50,196 nucleotides of DNA from assembly GCA_943358385.1 (NCBI GenBank), contig CALRGX010000008.1, positions 1 through 50,196 on the forward strand. The letters are read 5' to 3'. A model generated the notes under the pieces. That model was given only the letters and a program-made list of their open reading frames with translations, was not told the DNA's origin and did not search any database. The DNA is from Parcubacteria group bacterium. GTDB taxonomy: Bacteria > Patescibacteriota > Minisyncoccia > Phycocordibacterales > UBA2100. Below are positions 23,886 to 33,185 of the stretch, piece after piece. Position 1 is the stretch's first letter. Every line of letters begins with the position of its first letter. Position numbers and translations under genes: made by a program.

Positions 23886-24401
23886 ATGCGACTACTCTCA
23901 TGGGTTCCTAAGCCGGTACTCATGATGGGCAGGATTGTGTGGGGCCTGTTTGCCCTGCTCGGTATGCTCATCACCGGATTGCTGGCGTTCGAGATCGTCA
24001 ATCTTGACCCACGGAAGTTCGACCCTGTTGCACTCGCACTGAACTGCAACGACCCATGCATTATCAAGCACAATCCTGGCGGCAGTGTCAATCTGTTCCA
24101 GATGGCGGCCGACAGTGTGCTTGCTGGTGCTCGTAAGCAAGTGGTTGTCGACGGTCTCTGTGGGTCGTCTTGTGCTTTCTTTGCCGACAAGGCCCGGGCA
24201 CGAGTATGTGTTACGCCTCGTGCGGTGATGGCTTTTCACAAAGGCATGGTTGGCGACGATAAGCGTTTGCGCATCACTTTGCATCATTCACATGACATCG
24301 AGCAATGGGTGATGAAGCGCGGCGGGTATCCCAGCAATGGCATGCTCGAAATGAGGTTTGCCGATGCAAAAAAGTTCTGGCCCGTTTGTCCGAGCTTGTA
24401 A
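23886..24401 (+). CDS. Membrane-anchored ClpP/crotonase-like fold hypothetical protein
   Basis: NPGGSV, VDGLCGSSCAF, AVMAFH motifs. AGGAG SD. Hairpin at 24420-24442. Confidence 0.55.
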   Translation: MRLLSWVPKPVLMMGRIVWGLFALLGMLITGLLAFEIVNLDPRKFDPVALALNCNDPCIIKHNPGGSVNLFQMAADSVLAGARKQVVVDGLCGSSCAFFADKARARVCVTPRAVMAFHKGMVGDDKRLRITLHHSHDIEQWVMKRGGYPSNGMLEMRFADAKKFWPVCPSL

Positions 24402-24480
24402 GTATCTGCAAGAAATGCTGCCCGTCGACCAAGTCGACGGGCGGTTCTCTTTTTAATGGTACGATTCCAGACATACATGT

Positions 24481-25545
24481 ATGTATCGCATTACTCCGTA
24501 TCTATGCGCCGTAATCACTGCCGCCTCACTGCCACTGGTTGTTGCCGCTCAAACGGGGAGCATCGATCCAACAGGTGAACCATCAAAGGAACCTACCGAT
24601 ATTCCTGCTGCTCCTGACGCACCAATGGAAGAAGCTCCGGCAGCCGAGCAGCCGGTCGCTGAAACGCCCCAGAGCAATCCTGTAGGTACACCTGCTGCAG
24701 CCACCACTGCATCTGCTGCTGATGGGCCCCAAGGAGAGCCTGCAGTCCCTGCAGCCCAGATATCGAACCTTCTACAGGCGCCATCTGCAGCACCCAGCGC
24801 TGTGCCGATAGCGCAGGCAACGACAGTACCTGCGGAAGCCATTGCGGAAACGCTTGAAGCGGTACCGATCTCACCTCCGAGCGTGCTGCTCTGGTTGGTG
24901 CTTGGTTTTTTTGCGCTCCTTCCATTCGGCTATGTGGTCACCCAGCTGTTGCAATCAAAGAAGCAGCACTCCGAAACCGACGATACCGAGGACGGATGTT
25001 TCAACCTCAAGAAGATGCTCGATGAAAAATTGCAAGAGCTTACCGATGTGCGTGGCAAGATCGAAGGTAAAGCCAAGGCCGTTGCAAAAGATGCGCTCTA
25101 TGATGCGATTGATGGGACCGCGACGAAAGAAGCCTTGTTGTTGCTTGAAAAAGCCGAACGGGAATTCGAGCGCGTTAAGAAGCTGTACGAAAAATGCATG
25201 ATCGATGTTGAAAAATCGACTCTCGTAGGAACGATTGTTGAGAATAGTCTTGCTGATGCAACGTTTCTCAAAAAAGTGAAAGTAGAAGAAACTATGGTCC
25301 AAGACCTCTGGACGGTGCATCGCGTGTCGTTACGCGAAAAGCAACTTGCAGAACTTACTAAACAGGTAGCTGACGGTCCGTGGTACGCACATTTCTGGAA
25401 ACCAGGTAGTGATGATATGTGGGTGGTCTTTAAAGACATCAGCTACCAAGTAAAAGTGTCCGACAAAGCTACCTGGACGGATGCATTGGCACATGGTGCC
25501 GCGCTCGGGATTCCGCCAGAACAAATGGATTTTGTGACAGACTAA
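24481..25545 (+). CDS. Membrane protein with signal peptide, Pro/Ala-rich region and coiled coil
   Basis: 354-aa ORF with N-terminal hydrophobic segment, low-complexity linker and central TM. Confidence 0.75.
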   Translation: MYRITPYLCAVITAASLPLVVAAQTGSIDPTGEPSKEPTDIPAAPDAPMEEAPAAEQPVAETPQSNPVGTPAAATTASAADGPQGEPAVPAAQISNLLQAPSAAPSAVPIAQATTVPAEAIAETLEAVPISPPSVLLWLVLGFFALLPFGYVVTQLLQSKKQHSETDDTEDGCFNLKKMLDEKLQELTDVRGKIEGKAKAVAKDALYDAIDGTATKEALLLLEKAEREFERVKKLYEKCMIDVEKSTLVGTIVENSLADATFLKKVKVEETMVQDLWTVHRVSLREKQLAELTKQVADGPWYAHFWKPGSDDMWVVFKDISYQVKVSDKATWTDALAHGAALGIPPEQMDFVTD

Positions 25546-25617
25546 AAGTTGTTTGAAAGCAGGTGGTGCGGTGAAAGTAACTCAGGTGAACAAACAGAAG
25601 CTGACTATACGCACGAT

Positions 25618-26592
25618 ATGAATAAAATCGCACTCATTGTCGGAACTATGGTGCTCTTGGCCGCGGCTGTGGGCGCGGTGCTCTTTTTTCGCGCCGATGC
25701 TACCGCGCGCGTAATGGCTGAAGAAGATGCTGTTGAATCAATAATTGGTTTGTATCCAGAACTGGAGGCGTACAAAACAACTTCTCTGCCACCGAGTTCG
25801 ATTATTACCAAGCAGCTGGGCACTGGCTGGTATGTTGCTTTCATCGAAAGCGGTAGTGGTATCCCAGGCATTTTGACTGCGCGTTGTTATCGTGTTTCTG
25901 AAACAACCCGTGTCGAACAGGTCGGTACTTTCACTGCACAGGGTGGGCAAACAGCAGAACGTATGCAGCTGGAAACATGTAGCCCCATTTTTTCAGATGA
26001 ACAAGCGCCTGTTGCAACGAGTACCAGCACCCAGCCAGGAAATTCAGGCATACTCCCATACGGCAATACGACGCTCCGACTTGGTGAGCGTGCCCAATTT
26101 CCGGCACTCTCGGTTAAACCGGTCGCCATTGAAGAAGATAGCCGCTGTCCGAGCGACGTGCAGTGTATTCAAGCGGGCACGGTCCGCATCCAAATCGAAA
26201 TGGTTTCTGCCCAAGGCACAAGTACCGGCATACTGAAGCTCGACGAAGTATTTGCCACAAAAACAGAATCGATCACCATGGTGGGAGTAGAGCCGGGCAA
26301 GATCTCGACCGCCACCACCTCGCCTGATGCATATCTCTTCACGATTAAAGTCGTGCCGCAAGGCCTTTTGATTAAACCAAAGACCCCAGGAGAGTGTTTT
26401 ATTGGCGGCTGTTCATCTCACATATGCTCTGATACGAAAGATGCTGTATCGACCTGTGAATTTAGGGAAGAGTACGCGTGCTACAAAACGGCAGCGTGCG
26501 AAAGACAGCGTGATGGTGCTTGTGGATGGACCTTGAGCGCCGCCTTGACCTCGTGTCTTGCCGCAGCATCGAGCGGCACGATTGCAGAATAA
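25618..26592 (+). CDS. Membrane-anchored Cys-rich surface protein
   Basis: N-terminal TM, EDSRCPSDVQCIQAG, C-terminal CFIGGCSSHIC...STCE...ACY...CE...CGW cluster. Confidence 0.75.
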   Translation: MNKIALIVGTMVLLAAAVGAVLFFRADATARVMAEEDAVESIIGLYPELEAYKTTSLPPSSIITKQLGTGWYVAFIESGSGIPGILTARCYRVSETTRVEQVGTFTAQGGQTAERMQLETCSPIFSDEQAPVATSTSTQPGNSGILPYGNTTLRLGERAQFPALSVKPVAIEEDSRCPSDVQCIQAGTVRIQIEMVSAQGTSTGILKLDEVFATKTESITMVGVEPGKISTATTSPDAYLFTIKVVPQGLLIKPKTPGECFIGGCSSHICSDTKDAVSTCEFREEYACYKTAACERQRDGACGWTLSAALTSCLAAASSGTIAE

Positions 26593-26692
26593 AGACGACT
26601 GGTGCGCAAACTGCCGAGTATGCTAGGGTACTTTTGGGCGCGCTCATTCGAGCGACGTTCTTTTGCAGACTAAACAAGGGTGGAGAACAGCG

Positions 26693-28660
26693 ATGAGTCT
26701 CATCGACTTCAGGATGCGAGGCGACGTGGCGCCGGAGAAGCCAATACCGATCTTTGAGTTCTTCAGCGCGTGGAAAAATGAGCGTGCGTTCAATCGCAAC
26801 GCTTTCGGTAAGCTGGTGGACGCAGTTGGGGTGCCGGTCATTATCGACACTTCGAAAGACGAGCGTCTCGGACGCATCTTCTCGAACCGTACGATCTACC
26901 GCTACCCTGCGTTTGATCGCTTGTACGGCATAGAAGATCCGATTCGAAGCATCATGCGTTTTTTTGAGCATGGTGCAGAGGGTCTTGAGCAATCTCGGCA
27001 GATTCTGTACTTGCTGGGGCCGGTCGGCTCGGGCAAATCGACGATCGTCGAGACGCTGAAGCGCAAGTTCGAAGATGCCGCGGTGTATGTGCTTGCGGTC
27101 CCAGGAAATGAGGGCGGCAAACCGGTACTCAGTCCAGTGTTTGAGAATCCTCTCGGGCTTTTCGACGCTGAACTGCACGGTAAGCAAGTTGAAGATCGTT
27201 TCCAAATTCCGCGGAGTCGTCTGTGTGTACCGATGTCGCGATGGGCGAACGATCAGTGGAAGAAACTGGGCGGTGATATGTCCAAGTTTTTGGTCGTGAA
27301 GCTCACACCATCGATGGTAACGCGTGAATGTGTTGCCCGGGTGGAACCTGGTAGCGGACACTCTGCCGACGTGGGTACACTGATTGGTCGCGCGACTACT
27401 ATGACCGATGGAGACATCTCGTCTGCGTACGAGTACTCAGGAGGTCTTAACCGGACCACGCAAGGCGTCCTTGAAATCTTCGAGATGTTCAAGGCCCCGG
27501 AGCAGCTCTTGTATCCGCTCATCGGCGCAACCCAGGAGCACAAGTATTCTGGTGCGGGTTCGATTGGCGAGCTGCCATGCGAAACAGTGTTTCTGGCCCA
27601 TTCCAATGAGGCGGAATGGCTTGCGTTCAAGAAGTCCAAGAAGGATGAAGAGAAGTCCAAGAAAGATACCGAAGTTGCCGTGTCGCGTCATGACGCTCTC
27701 ATTGACCGTATCTACCCAGTGCATGTGCCGTACTGCGTGCGGCTCACGGAAGAAGCGAAGTTGTACCAACAGTACCTAGCCAACAGCGAATTGTGCAATG
27801 CACCCTGTGTGCCTCGTACGCTTGAGCTCTTGGCTAGATTCGCCATCGCCACGCGCGTGCATAGCGCTGATCGCGACAAGCGGATCCGTATCTACGATGG
27901 GCAATCCATAGGGCAGAAAGAAAAGTCTGCCGATGACTTTCGAAAAGAAGCTAACTGGCGTGAAGGAATGAATGGCATTTCCACCCGGTTCCTTTTCAAG
28001 AAGTTGCCAGAAATTGCCGAAGCCAATCCCGCAGCTGTGGGACTGGATCCGGTAACCTTGCTGGACGGCTTGCAGAAGATTGTGGTGCGCGAAGGCATTC
28101 CCGACTTCTCGGGGCGCTCCGCAGCACATATTCTGGAGCAAGACATCGCGCCTGCATGCAAAGAAGTCGTCACGCGTCTGATGCAGCATGCATCCTTTGA
28201 AGACTTCGAAAGTCACGCGGTGGCGAAATTCGATCAATACATCGCCATTGTGGATGCGTACTGTGAAGATGAGCTTTACAAAGACCGCGAAACTGGTGAG
28301 GTGTGGTCTCTCGAGCGAGTCGATGAAGCTCTTTGCAAGCTCGAGCGTGGCATGAATGTCGTTTCTCCAAAAGATTTTCGCTACGAAATGCTCAAGACCT
28401 TCCTTCGCCACAAAGCGGATATGAGTAAACAAGGGATACCCGCATGGCACGCAATGCAAGAGTCGCTTAAAGTAGCATTCGAGCGCAACATCATGCCCAC
28501 CAAGGAAGAGCTCTTGCCGCTCATCAACTACAACAAGCGGAAAGAGGTCAAAGAGCAAGAGAAGCACGATGCTTTCGTGGCGCGCCTCATGAAGCGGGCA
28601 CGGTGCAGTGCACTGCAGGCTCGACTCATGGTGGAGTGGTACATGGAGAAAGGGTCGTAA
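26693..28660 (+). CDS. PrkA/YeaG family AAA+ serine kinase
   Basis: LYGIEDPI, QILYLLGPVGSGKST, YSGGLNR, EMFKAP, LAHSNEAEW, DRIY.VHVPYC, EGMNGISTRF. GGAG SD. Hairpin at 28669-28693. Confidence 0.9.
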   Translation: MSLIDFRMRGDVAPEKPIPIFEFFSAWKNERAFNRNAFGKLVDAVGVPVIIDTSKDERLGRIFSNRTIYRYPAFDRLYGIEDPIRSIMRFFEHGAEGLEQSRQILYLLGPVGSGKSTIVETLKRKFEDAAVYVLAVPGNEGGKPVLSPVFENPLGLFDAELHGKQVEDRFQIPRSRLCVPMSRWANDQWKKLGGDMSKFLVVKLTPSMVTRECVARVEPGSGHSADVGTLIGRATTMTDGDISSAYEYSGGLNRTTQGVLEIFEMFKAPEQLLYPLIGATQEHKYSGAGSIGELPCETVFLAHSNEAEWLAFKKSKKDEEKSKKDTEVAVSRHDALIDRIYPVHVPYCVRLTEEAKLYQQYLANSELCNAPCVPRTLELLARFAIATRVHSADRDKRIRIYDGQSIGQKEKSADDFRKEANWREGMNGISTRFLFKKLPEIAEANPAAVGLDPVTLLDGLQKIVVREGIPDFSGRSAAHILEQDIAPACKEVVTRLMQHASFEDFESHAVAKFDQYIAIVDAYCEDELYKDRETGEVWSLERVDEALCKLERGMNVVSPKDFRYEMLKTFLRHKADMSKQGIPAWHAMQESLKVAFERNIMPTKEELLPLINYNKRKEVKEQEKHDAFVARLMKRARCSALQARLMVEWYMEKGS

Positions 28661-28815
28661 GAAATATGTGGCCGCCGACTTTGTCGGCGGCCATTCTGCA
28701 TATACACACGGTGGCTACCAGCGTAAGAAGTAATCATCCCAATCGTCTCTACACATTCTGCAGAAGTGCAGGGTCCTTCATTTTTACAAATACGTACTAT
28801 GATAGAATTCGCGTT

Positions 28816-29382
28816 ATGAAAAACACCCTCATTGTAGTCGCGGTTGTTCTGGTGCTTGTTGGAGGCAATTACCTATACGCACGACTGTCACCCGTAGAAC
28901 CTGTGTACGAAGATATCAACCCGCCCCCACAGCAGGTAACCCTGTCTGGCACCTACGAATGCTTACCGCACCTTGATTCCGAAGGCCCGCAGACCGAAGA
29001 GTGCACCTTTGGGTTTGTGACCGATGATGGTGTGCACTACGCAGTCAATTTTGGTGCCTCACCTGATGCCATGCAGCAGTTTCAAAGTGGCGCGCACGTA
29101 ACTGCAGAAGGATTTATAGTGCCGAGAGAGGCTCTCAGTACGGACGAATGGCAAAAGTACAACATGAAGGGTATGTTTACTATTACTTTTGCAACGAGTG
29201 CAGGAAGTGCATCAGGCAAAATCGATGTCGGCGTCGTGTGCGCGGGAGCACTCGCCTACATGACTTTCCCCGATGGCGCTGCGGCAGAGACATTTATTGC
29301 TGAATGTAAAGAAGGTAAGCATCCGGAGGTGATTGAGCGATACAAATCAGAATTGAATGTGGGCGACGGTGCCGCTATCTAG
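28816..29382 (+). CDS. Membrane-anchored hypothetical protein
   Basis: TAGAAT 7 nt before ATG. N-terminal TM, paired Cys. Confidence 0.7.
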   Translation: MKNTLIVVAVVLVLVGGNYLYARLSPVEPVYEDINPPPQQVTLSGTYECLPHLDSEGPQTEECTFGFVTDDGVHYAVNFGASPDAMQQFQSGAHVTAEGFIVPREALSTDEWQKYNMKGMFTITFATSAGSASGKIDVGVVCAGALAYMTFPDGAAAETFIAECKEGKHPEVIERYKSELNVGDGAAI

Positions 29383-29469
29383 CCACACCGTGGCGCCACT
29401 TGACTGGCCCCTGCTTCTACGTATAAATACCCGCTGCCAGGTTTCCTGGCTGTATTGATGGAGAAGCTC

Positions 29470-29793
29470 ATGAAGAGGCTCTTTGTGCCTGTTGTCCTCG
29501 CTGCATTCCTCCTCGCCGGGCCGGTTCCGGCTTGGGCATGCAATTGGGGAGATGCACAGGCAAATATCACCTGGGTCATCGACCGCGATGCTGGTGCTCA
29601 ATCCTGCTTCGCCGAGGCACGCCGTTGCCAACGTGTGCGCAATCACCAGACCGGCGAGATGGTGACATCCGGTGGATGCAAGGATGCGTTTGACGCCGTC
29701 TTGCATTGCCAGCGCCACAATTCGGGTGTCCAGAACGGCATTCGAGCATGCGAATCGCAGGCGCGTCAATACTTGAGCGAGCGCGGGAAATAG
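29470..29793 (+). CDS. Secreted Cys-rich hypothetical protein
   Basis: GGAG SD, signal peptide ending AWA, six Cys, hairpin at 29816-29844. Confidence 0.6.
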   Translation: MKRLFVPVVLAAFLLAGPVPAWACNWGDAQANITWVIDRDAGAQSCFAEARRCQRVRNHQTGEMVTSGGCKDAFDAVLHCQRHNSGVQNGIRACESQARQYLSERGK

Positions 29794-29876
29794 TTCTCGC
29801 GCAGGACATGTAATAAAGAGCCGACATCATGAATGTCGGCTCTTCCTACAAGTTGATTTGTGCTACCATCAAGGTT

Positions 29877-30203
29877 ATGACCAAAGGCATCATCGCGGTA
29901 GTACTGAGTCTCGCACTTGTGCTTGCAGTATTCTTAGGTGGTTCAATTCTCTTGCGCAATGCGCGTGCGAGCGTGGCACAAAACCGTGGTGAAGCGTTTG
30001 TTGCCAAGTTGTATGCTGAGTATCAGATTATGGGCAAGAGTTGCCAAGGCGAAGATACTGACGGTGATGCGTATGTGTCGTGCGACTTTCGTCTTAAAAA
30101 CCCGACCGATGCAGAGCGCGTGGTTCATTTGCAATGCCCCACTATGTGGAAAGCCTTTTTGGGGAATACCTGCAAGGAATCACGCCTAGTGTTACCTCAG
30201 TAG
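29877..30203 (+). CDS. Membrane-anchored hypothetical protein
   Basis: TM, then CQGEDTDGDAYVSC. TACCAT 7 nt upstream. Confidence 0.65.
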   Translation: MTKGIIAVVLSLALVLAVFLGGSILLRNARASVAQNRGEAFVAKLYAEYQIMGKSCQGEDTDGDAYVSCDFRLKNPTDAERVVHLQCPTMWKAFLGNTCKESRLVLPQ

Positions 30204-30205
30204 TT

Positions 30206-30709
30206 ATGCGAAAAGAGAAAGTGGCAGAGAGTGTCGATGAGTACCTGGCAGGACTTCCTGCGCCAGAACGAGCGGTGCTAGCCAGGATTCGTGATGCGAT
30301 TAAGTCAGCTGCACCCAAGGCGGAAGAAGTTATTAGCTACCAGATTCCGACGTACAGATACGAAGGCCCCTTGGTGCACTTCGCTCATCAACGCAAGCAC
30401 CTGAGCTTCTACGGGGTGAGTCTCTCTATTTTCAAGACATTTAAAAAACAACTCAAACCATTTGAAATTTCTGGGAGGACGATTCATTTCACCGTAGAGC
30501 GCCCATTACCTCTCGCACTCGTTAAATCTATAGTAAAGGAGAGGCTGGCAGAAAATCTTGCCCGTGCAGCAAAAGAGGAGAAGAGTGCTCAGGCAATTAA
30601 AGAAGCCACATCGCGCCGTGCACCTGAAAAAGTGTGCAGTCGTGGGCACCGCTTTATCAAAACGCCCTGCCAGAAATGCTACCCAGGTTTCTACAAAGTA
30701 CGCGCGTAG
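30206..30709 (+). CDS. DUF1801/YdhG-like protein with C-terminal Cys/His cluster
   Basis: SVDEYL, AEEVISYQIPTY, GRTIHF, LVKSIVKERL. Tail CSRGH..PCQKC. Confidence 0.85.
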   Translation: MRKEKVAESVDEYLAGLPAPERAVLARIRDAIKSAAPKAEEVISYQIPTYRYEGPLVHFAHQRKHLSFYGVSLSIFKTFKKQLKPFEISGRTIHFTVERPLPLALVKSIVKERLAENLARAAKEEKSAQAIKEATSRRAPEKVCSRGHRFIKTPCQKCYPGFYKVRA

Positions 30710-30758
30710 CACCGTGTGCATCTTGTATACTGAGTGCATTAGTCGCTCCTTGTAACCT

Positions 30759-30950
30759 ATGCAATTTTTTAAAAATACAACTTTCACGTGGATCCAGCTG
30801 GGTCTATTTAAAGTCTCAATCTTTTTTGTGGGTCTCGCACTGGGTGCGGTGTATTGGGATTGGGTGTTACCGTACGTTGACGCACTCCTCCTTGTAGCGG
30901 TTCCTGCAGCGCTGTATGTGGTCTACGTCTGGTTTTTCCAGCATCGATAG
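30759..30950 (+). CDS. Small two-TM membrane protein
   Basis: 63-aa hydrophobic ORF in a co-directional run. Confidence 0.6.
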   Translation: MQFFKNTTFTWIQLGLFKVSIFFVGLALGAVYWDWVLPYVDALLLVAVPAALYVVYVWFFQHR

Positions 30951-31001
30951 AGAAGTGAGTGAGGCGCTTTCGTCACCACGAATTGCGTGCTTTGATGAGG
31001 C

Positions 31002-31772
31002 ATGACCAGCAGTGGCCCGTCGCTCGACAAAGTGAAAGTTTCCATCCCTGGCAGTGTTGCACTTTCGGAGTATCCTTTTTGTTTACCGGTCATACGTACG
31101 CTGGAGGAAATCACTTTTCCCACCCAGGTTACTTTTTTTGTGGGAGAAAACGGCACAGGGAAGTCTACATTGCTCGAGGCTATTGCGGTACGTGCCGGGT
31201 TTGGGCGTGAAGGTGGAAGTAGGAATATTAGTTTTCAATCGACAGAGCAGCGCTTTGCAAACGAGACGGATGCACTTGCTCGCTGCATGCGTTTGTCGTG
31301 GCGCAAGAAGCCGCGTGACGGTTACTTTTTTAGAGCGGAGAGTTTTTTCAATTTGGCAAATCATGTAGACACGATAGCCCGAGAAGGTGGCCAAGGTGCA
31401 GCTGTTACCTATGCGCCGTATGGTGGCAAATCGTTGCACGAACAATCACATGGCGAGAGTTTTCTAGCCTTTTTTAACAACCGCATGGGTGGCGGGGGTT
31501 TTTATGTACTGGATGAACCTGAAGCTGCTCTTTCGCCGCAGCGTCAATTGGCACTCTTGCGAGTCATATTCGACCTGTGCAAGCACCCTGACACGCAACT
31601 CATTATTGCAACACACTCTCCTCTATTGCTTGCGTACCCTGGCGCGACTATTTATAGCTGCGATGGACCACAGCTCGAAAGAGTGGCATGCGAGGATACT
31701 GCACACTTCGACATCACCAAGCATTTTCTCGAGAATCCAAGCCACTATCTTGCGCACCTGTTTCGGGATTAA
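31002..31772 (+). CDS. Predicted ABC-type ATPase (COG3910-like)
   Basis: GENGTGKST, FFRAESF, SHGESF, LDEPEAALSP, ATHSP. Confidence 0.9.
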   Translation: MTSSGPSLDKVKVSIPGSVALSEYPFCLPVIRTLEEITFPTQVTFFVGENGTGKSTLLEAIAVRAGFGREGGSRNISFQSTEQRFANETDALARCMRLSWRKKPRDGYFFRAESFFNLANHVDTIAREGGQGAAVTYAPYGGKSLHEQSHGESFLAFFNNRMGGGGFYVLDEPEAALSPQRQLALLRVIFDLCKHPDTQLIIATHSPLLLAYPGATIYSCDGPQLERVACEDTAHFDITKHFLENPSHYLAHLFRD

Positions 31773-31822
31773 TATGTTTTTCCCTGCCTGTACCGACGAC
31801 AGTGGTGTGGTACACTCTCCAC

Positions 31823-32206
31823 ATGAAAAGACTTCCCAAGCATTGGCTCCTTATGTTTATCGGGCTTTTTATTGTTCTGCCGTTCGGATACCATTTTTAC
31901 AGTCTCTCGACTCCTGGTGAGCTTGACGGATTTACACAATGTCTTGCAGACAAGCAGGTAAAATTCTACGGCGCGTTCTGGTGCCCTCACTGCCAATCGC
32001 AAAAGAAGATATTTGGAAAGTCGGCAAAATTGCTGCCGTACGTTGAATGTTCAAATTCTGATGGCAAAACACAGACACAGATTTGTATTGATCAAAAAAT
32101 CACCAGCTACCCCACGTGGGAGTTCCCGGGTGAGCCTGAAAAACAAACCGGTGAGCTGACTCTTGCTCAGCTTGCAGAAAAGACCGGTTGTGTACTTCCG
32201 CAGTAA
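31823..32206 (+). CDS. Membrane-anchored thioredoxin-fold protein (CPHC)
   Basis: YGAFWCPHCQSQK..FG...YVEC...I.SYPTW. Confidence 0.85.
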   Translation: MKRLPKHWLLMFIGLFIVLPFGYHFYSLSTPGELDGFTQCLADKQVKFYGAFWCPHCQSQKKIFGKSAKLLPYVECSNSDGKTQTQICIDQKITSYPTWEFPGEPEKQTGELTLAQLAEKTGCVLPQ

Positions 32207-32211
32207 CGCGC

Positions 32212-32742
32212 ATGACCGTTGAAACCCTCAACAGTGTGGTGGGGATGGGGACGCTCGCACTCCATCTGCTTCTGGTGCTTTTGATTGGGTTGTATGTCAT
32301 GAAAGATGAGACTACCCAGGAGGTGGTAGGTAAGTGGGCGCTTACTGTGGCATTTCTTGCGGCCTTTGCCGGTAGCGCGATGACATTAATCTACTCCGAA
32401 TACTTTGGGGTTATTCCGTGTGGGTTGTGCTGGTTTCAGAGAATCTTTCTGTATCCGCAAATTATTCTCTTTGGTATTGCCCATTGGAAGAAAGACGTCA
32501 CGGTTGTTTTCTACAGCATAGCCATGTCTATTCTCGGTATGGCGGTCTCGCTCTACCAACACTATCTCCAGATGGGTGGAACCAGTGCGCTCCCGTGCCC
32601 TGCCTCGGGCGAAGCTGATTGTGGCAAACGCATTATTTTTGAATTTGGCTACATCACCTTTCCGCTGGCTGCCTTCTCGCTCTTTGCGTTTCTAACGATA
32701 CTGATGCTCTTTTACTATCGTTACTCTGTGTCACGGGACTAG
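32212..32742 (+). CDS. Disulfide bond formation protein DsbB/BdbC family
   Basis: PCGLCWFQRIFLYP, YQHYLQ, second Cys pair PC...DC, FGYITFP. Confidence 0.88.
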   Translation: MTVETLNSVVGMGTLALHLLLVLLIGLYVMKDETTQEVVGKWALTVAFLAAFAGSAMTLIYSEYFGVIPCGLCWFQRIFLYPQIILFGIAHWKKDVTVVFYSIAMSILGMAVSLYQHYLQMGGTSALPCPASGEADCGKRIIFEFGYITFPLAAFSLFAFLTILMLFYYRYSVSRD

Positions 32743-32745
32743 CGT

Positions 32746-33174
32746 ATGGCTGAGATTAAAACCAAACCTACGAAGGCATCGGTGACGGCGTTCATCAATG
32801 CAATAGCTGACACAAAGAAACGCAAAGAAGCCAAGCTCATACTGGCTTTGATGAAAGAAGCAACAGGCGAGAAGCCAGTTATGTGGGGAGACGCAATCAT
32901 AGGTTTTGGCAGGTATCACTACGAATCAGAGCGCAGTTCGCAGAAAGGGGACTGGCCGCTCACCGCCTATTCACCACGCAAAGCGAACCATACCATCTAT
33001 CTCATGAACGGTGTTGCGTTCTACGCGCAGGGTCTTAAAAAGATGGGGCCATATACCTCAGGGAAATCTTGCCTGTACCTAAAAGGTATTGAAAAACTTG
33101 ATTTGGCTGCACTAAAAAAAGTTGTTGCCACGAGTTTTACTGAGGTGAAACTGAAGTATCACGGAGTTGAGTAG
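32746..33174 (+). CDS. DUF1801 domain protein
   Basis: KTKPT.ASV..FI, MWGDAIIGFG.YHY, YSPRKA, GKSCLY. Confidence 0.85.
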   Translation: MAEIKTKPTKASVTAFINAIADTKKRKEAKLILALMKEATGEKPVMWGDAIIGFGRYHYESERSSQKGDWPLTAYSPRKANHTIYLMNGVAFYAQGLKKMGPYTSGKSCLYLKGIEKLDLAALKKVVATSFTEVKLKYHGVE

Positions 33175-33185
33175 AGCACTTACGT

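Noticed and set aside
15428-30203. Prophage or integron
   Set aside because: No integrase, terminase, capsid or attC R-box pattern recognised.
30780-30795. parS-like TTTCACGTGGA (also TTTTACGTGAACA near 40735)
   Set aside because: Only partial matches to the 16-bp TGTTTCACGTGAAACA palindrome, and one lies inside a CDS.
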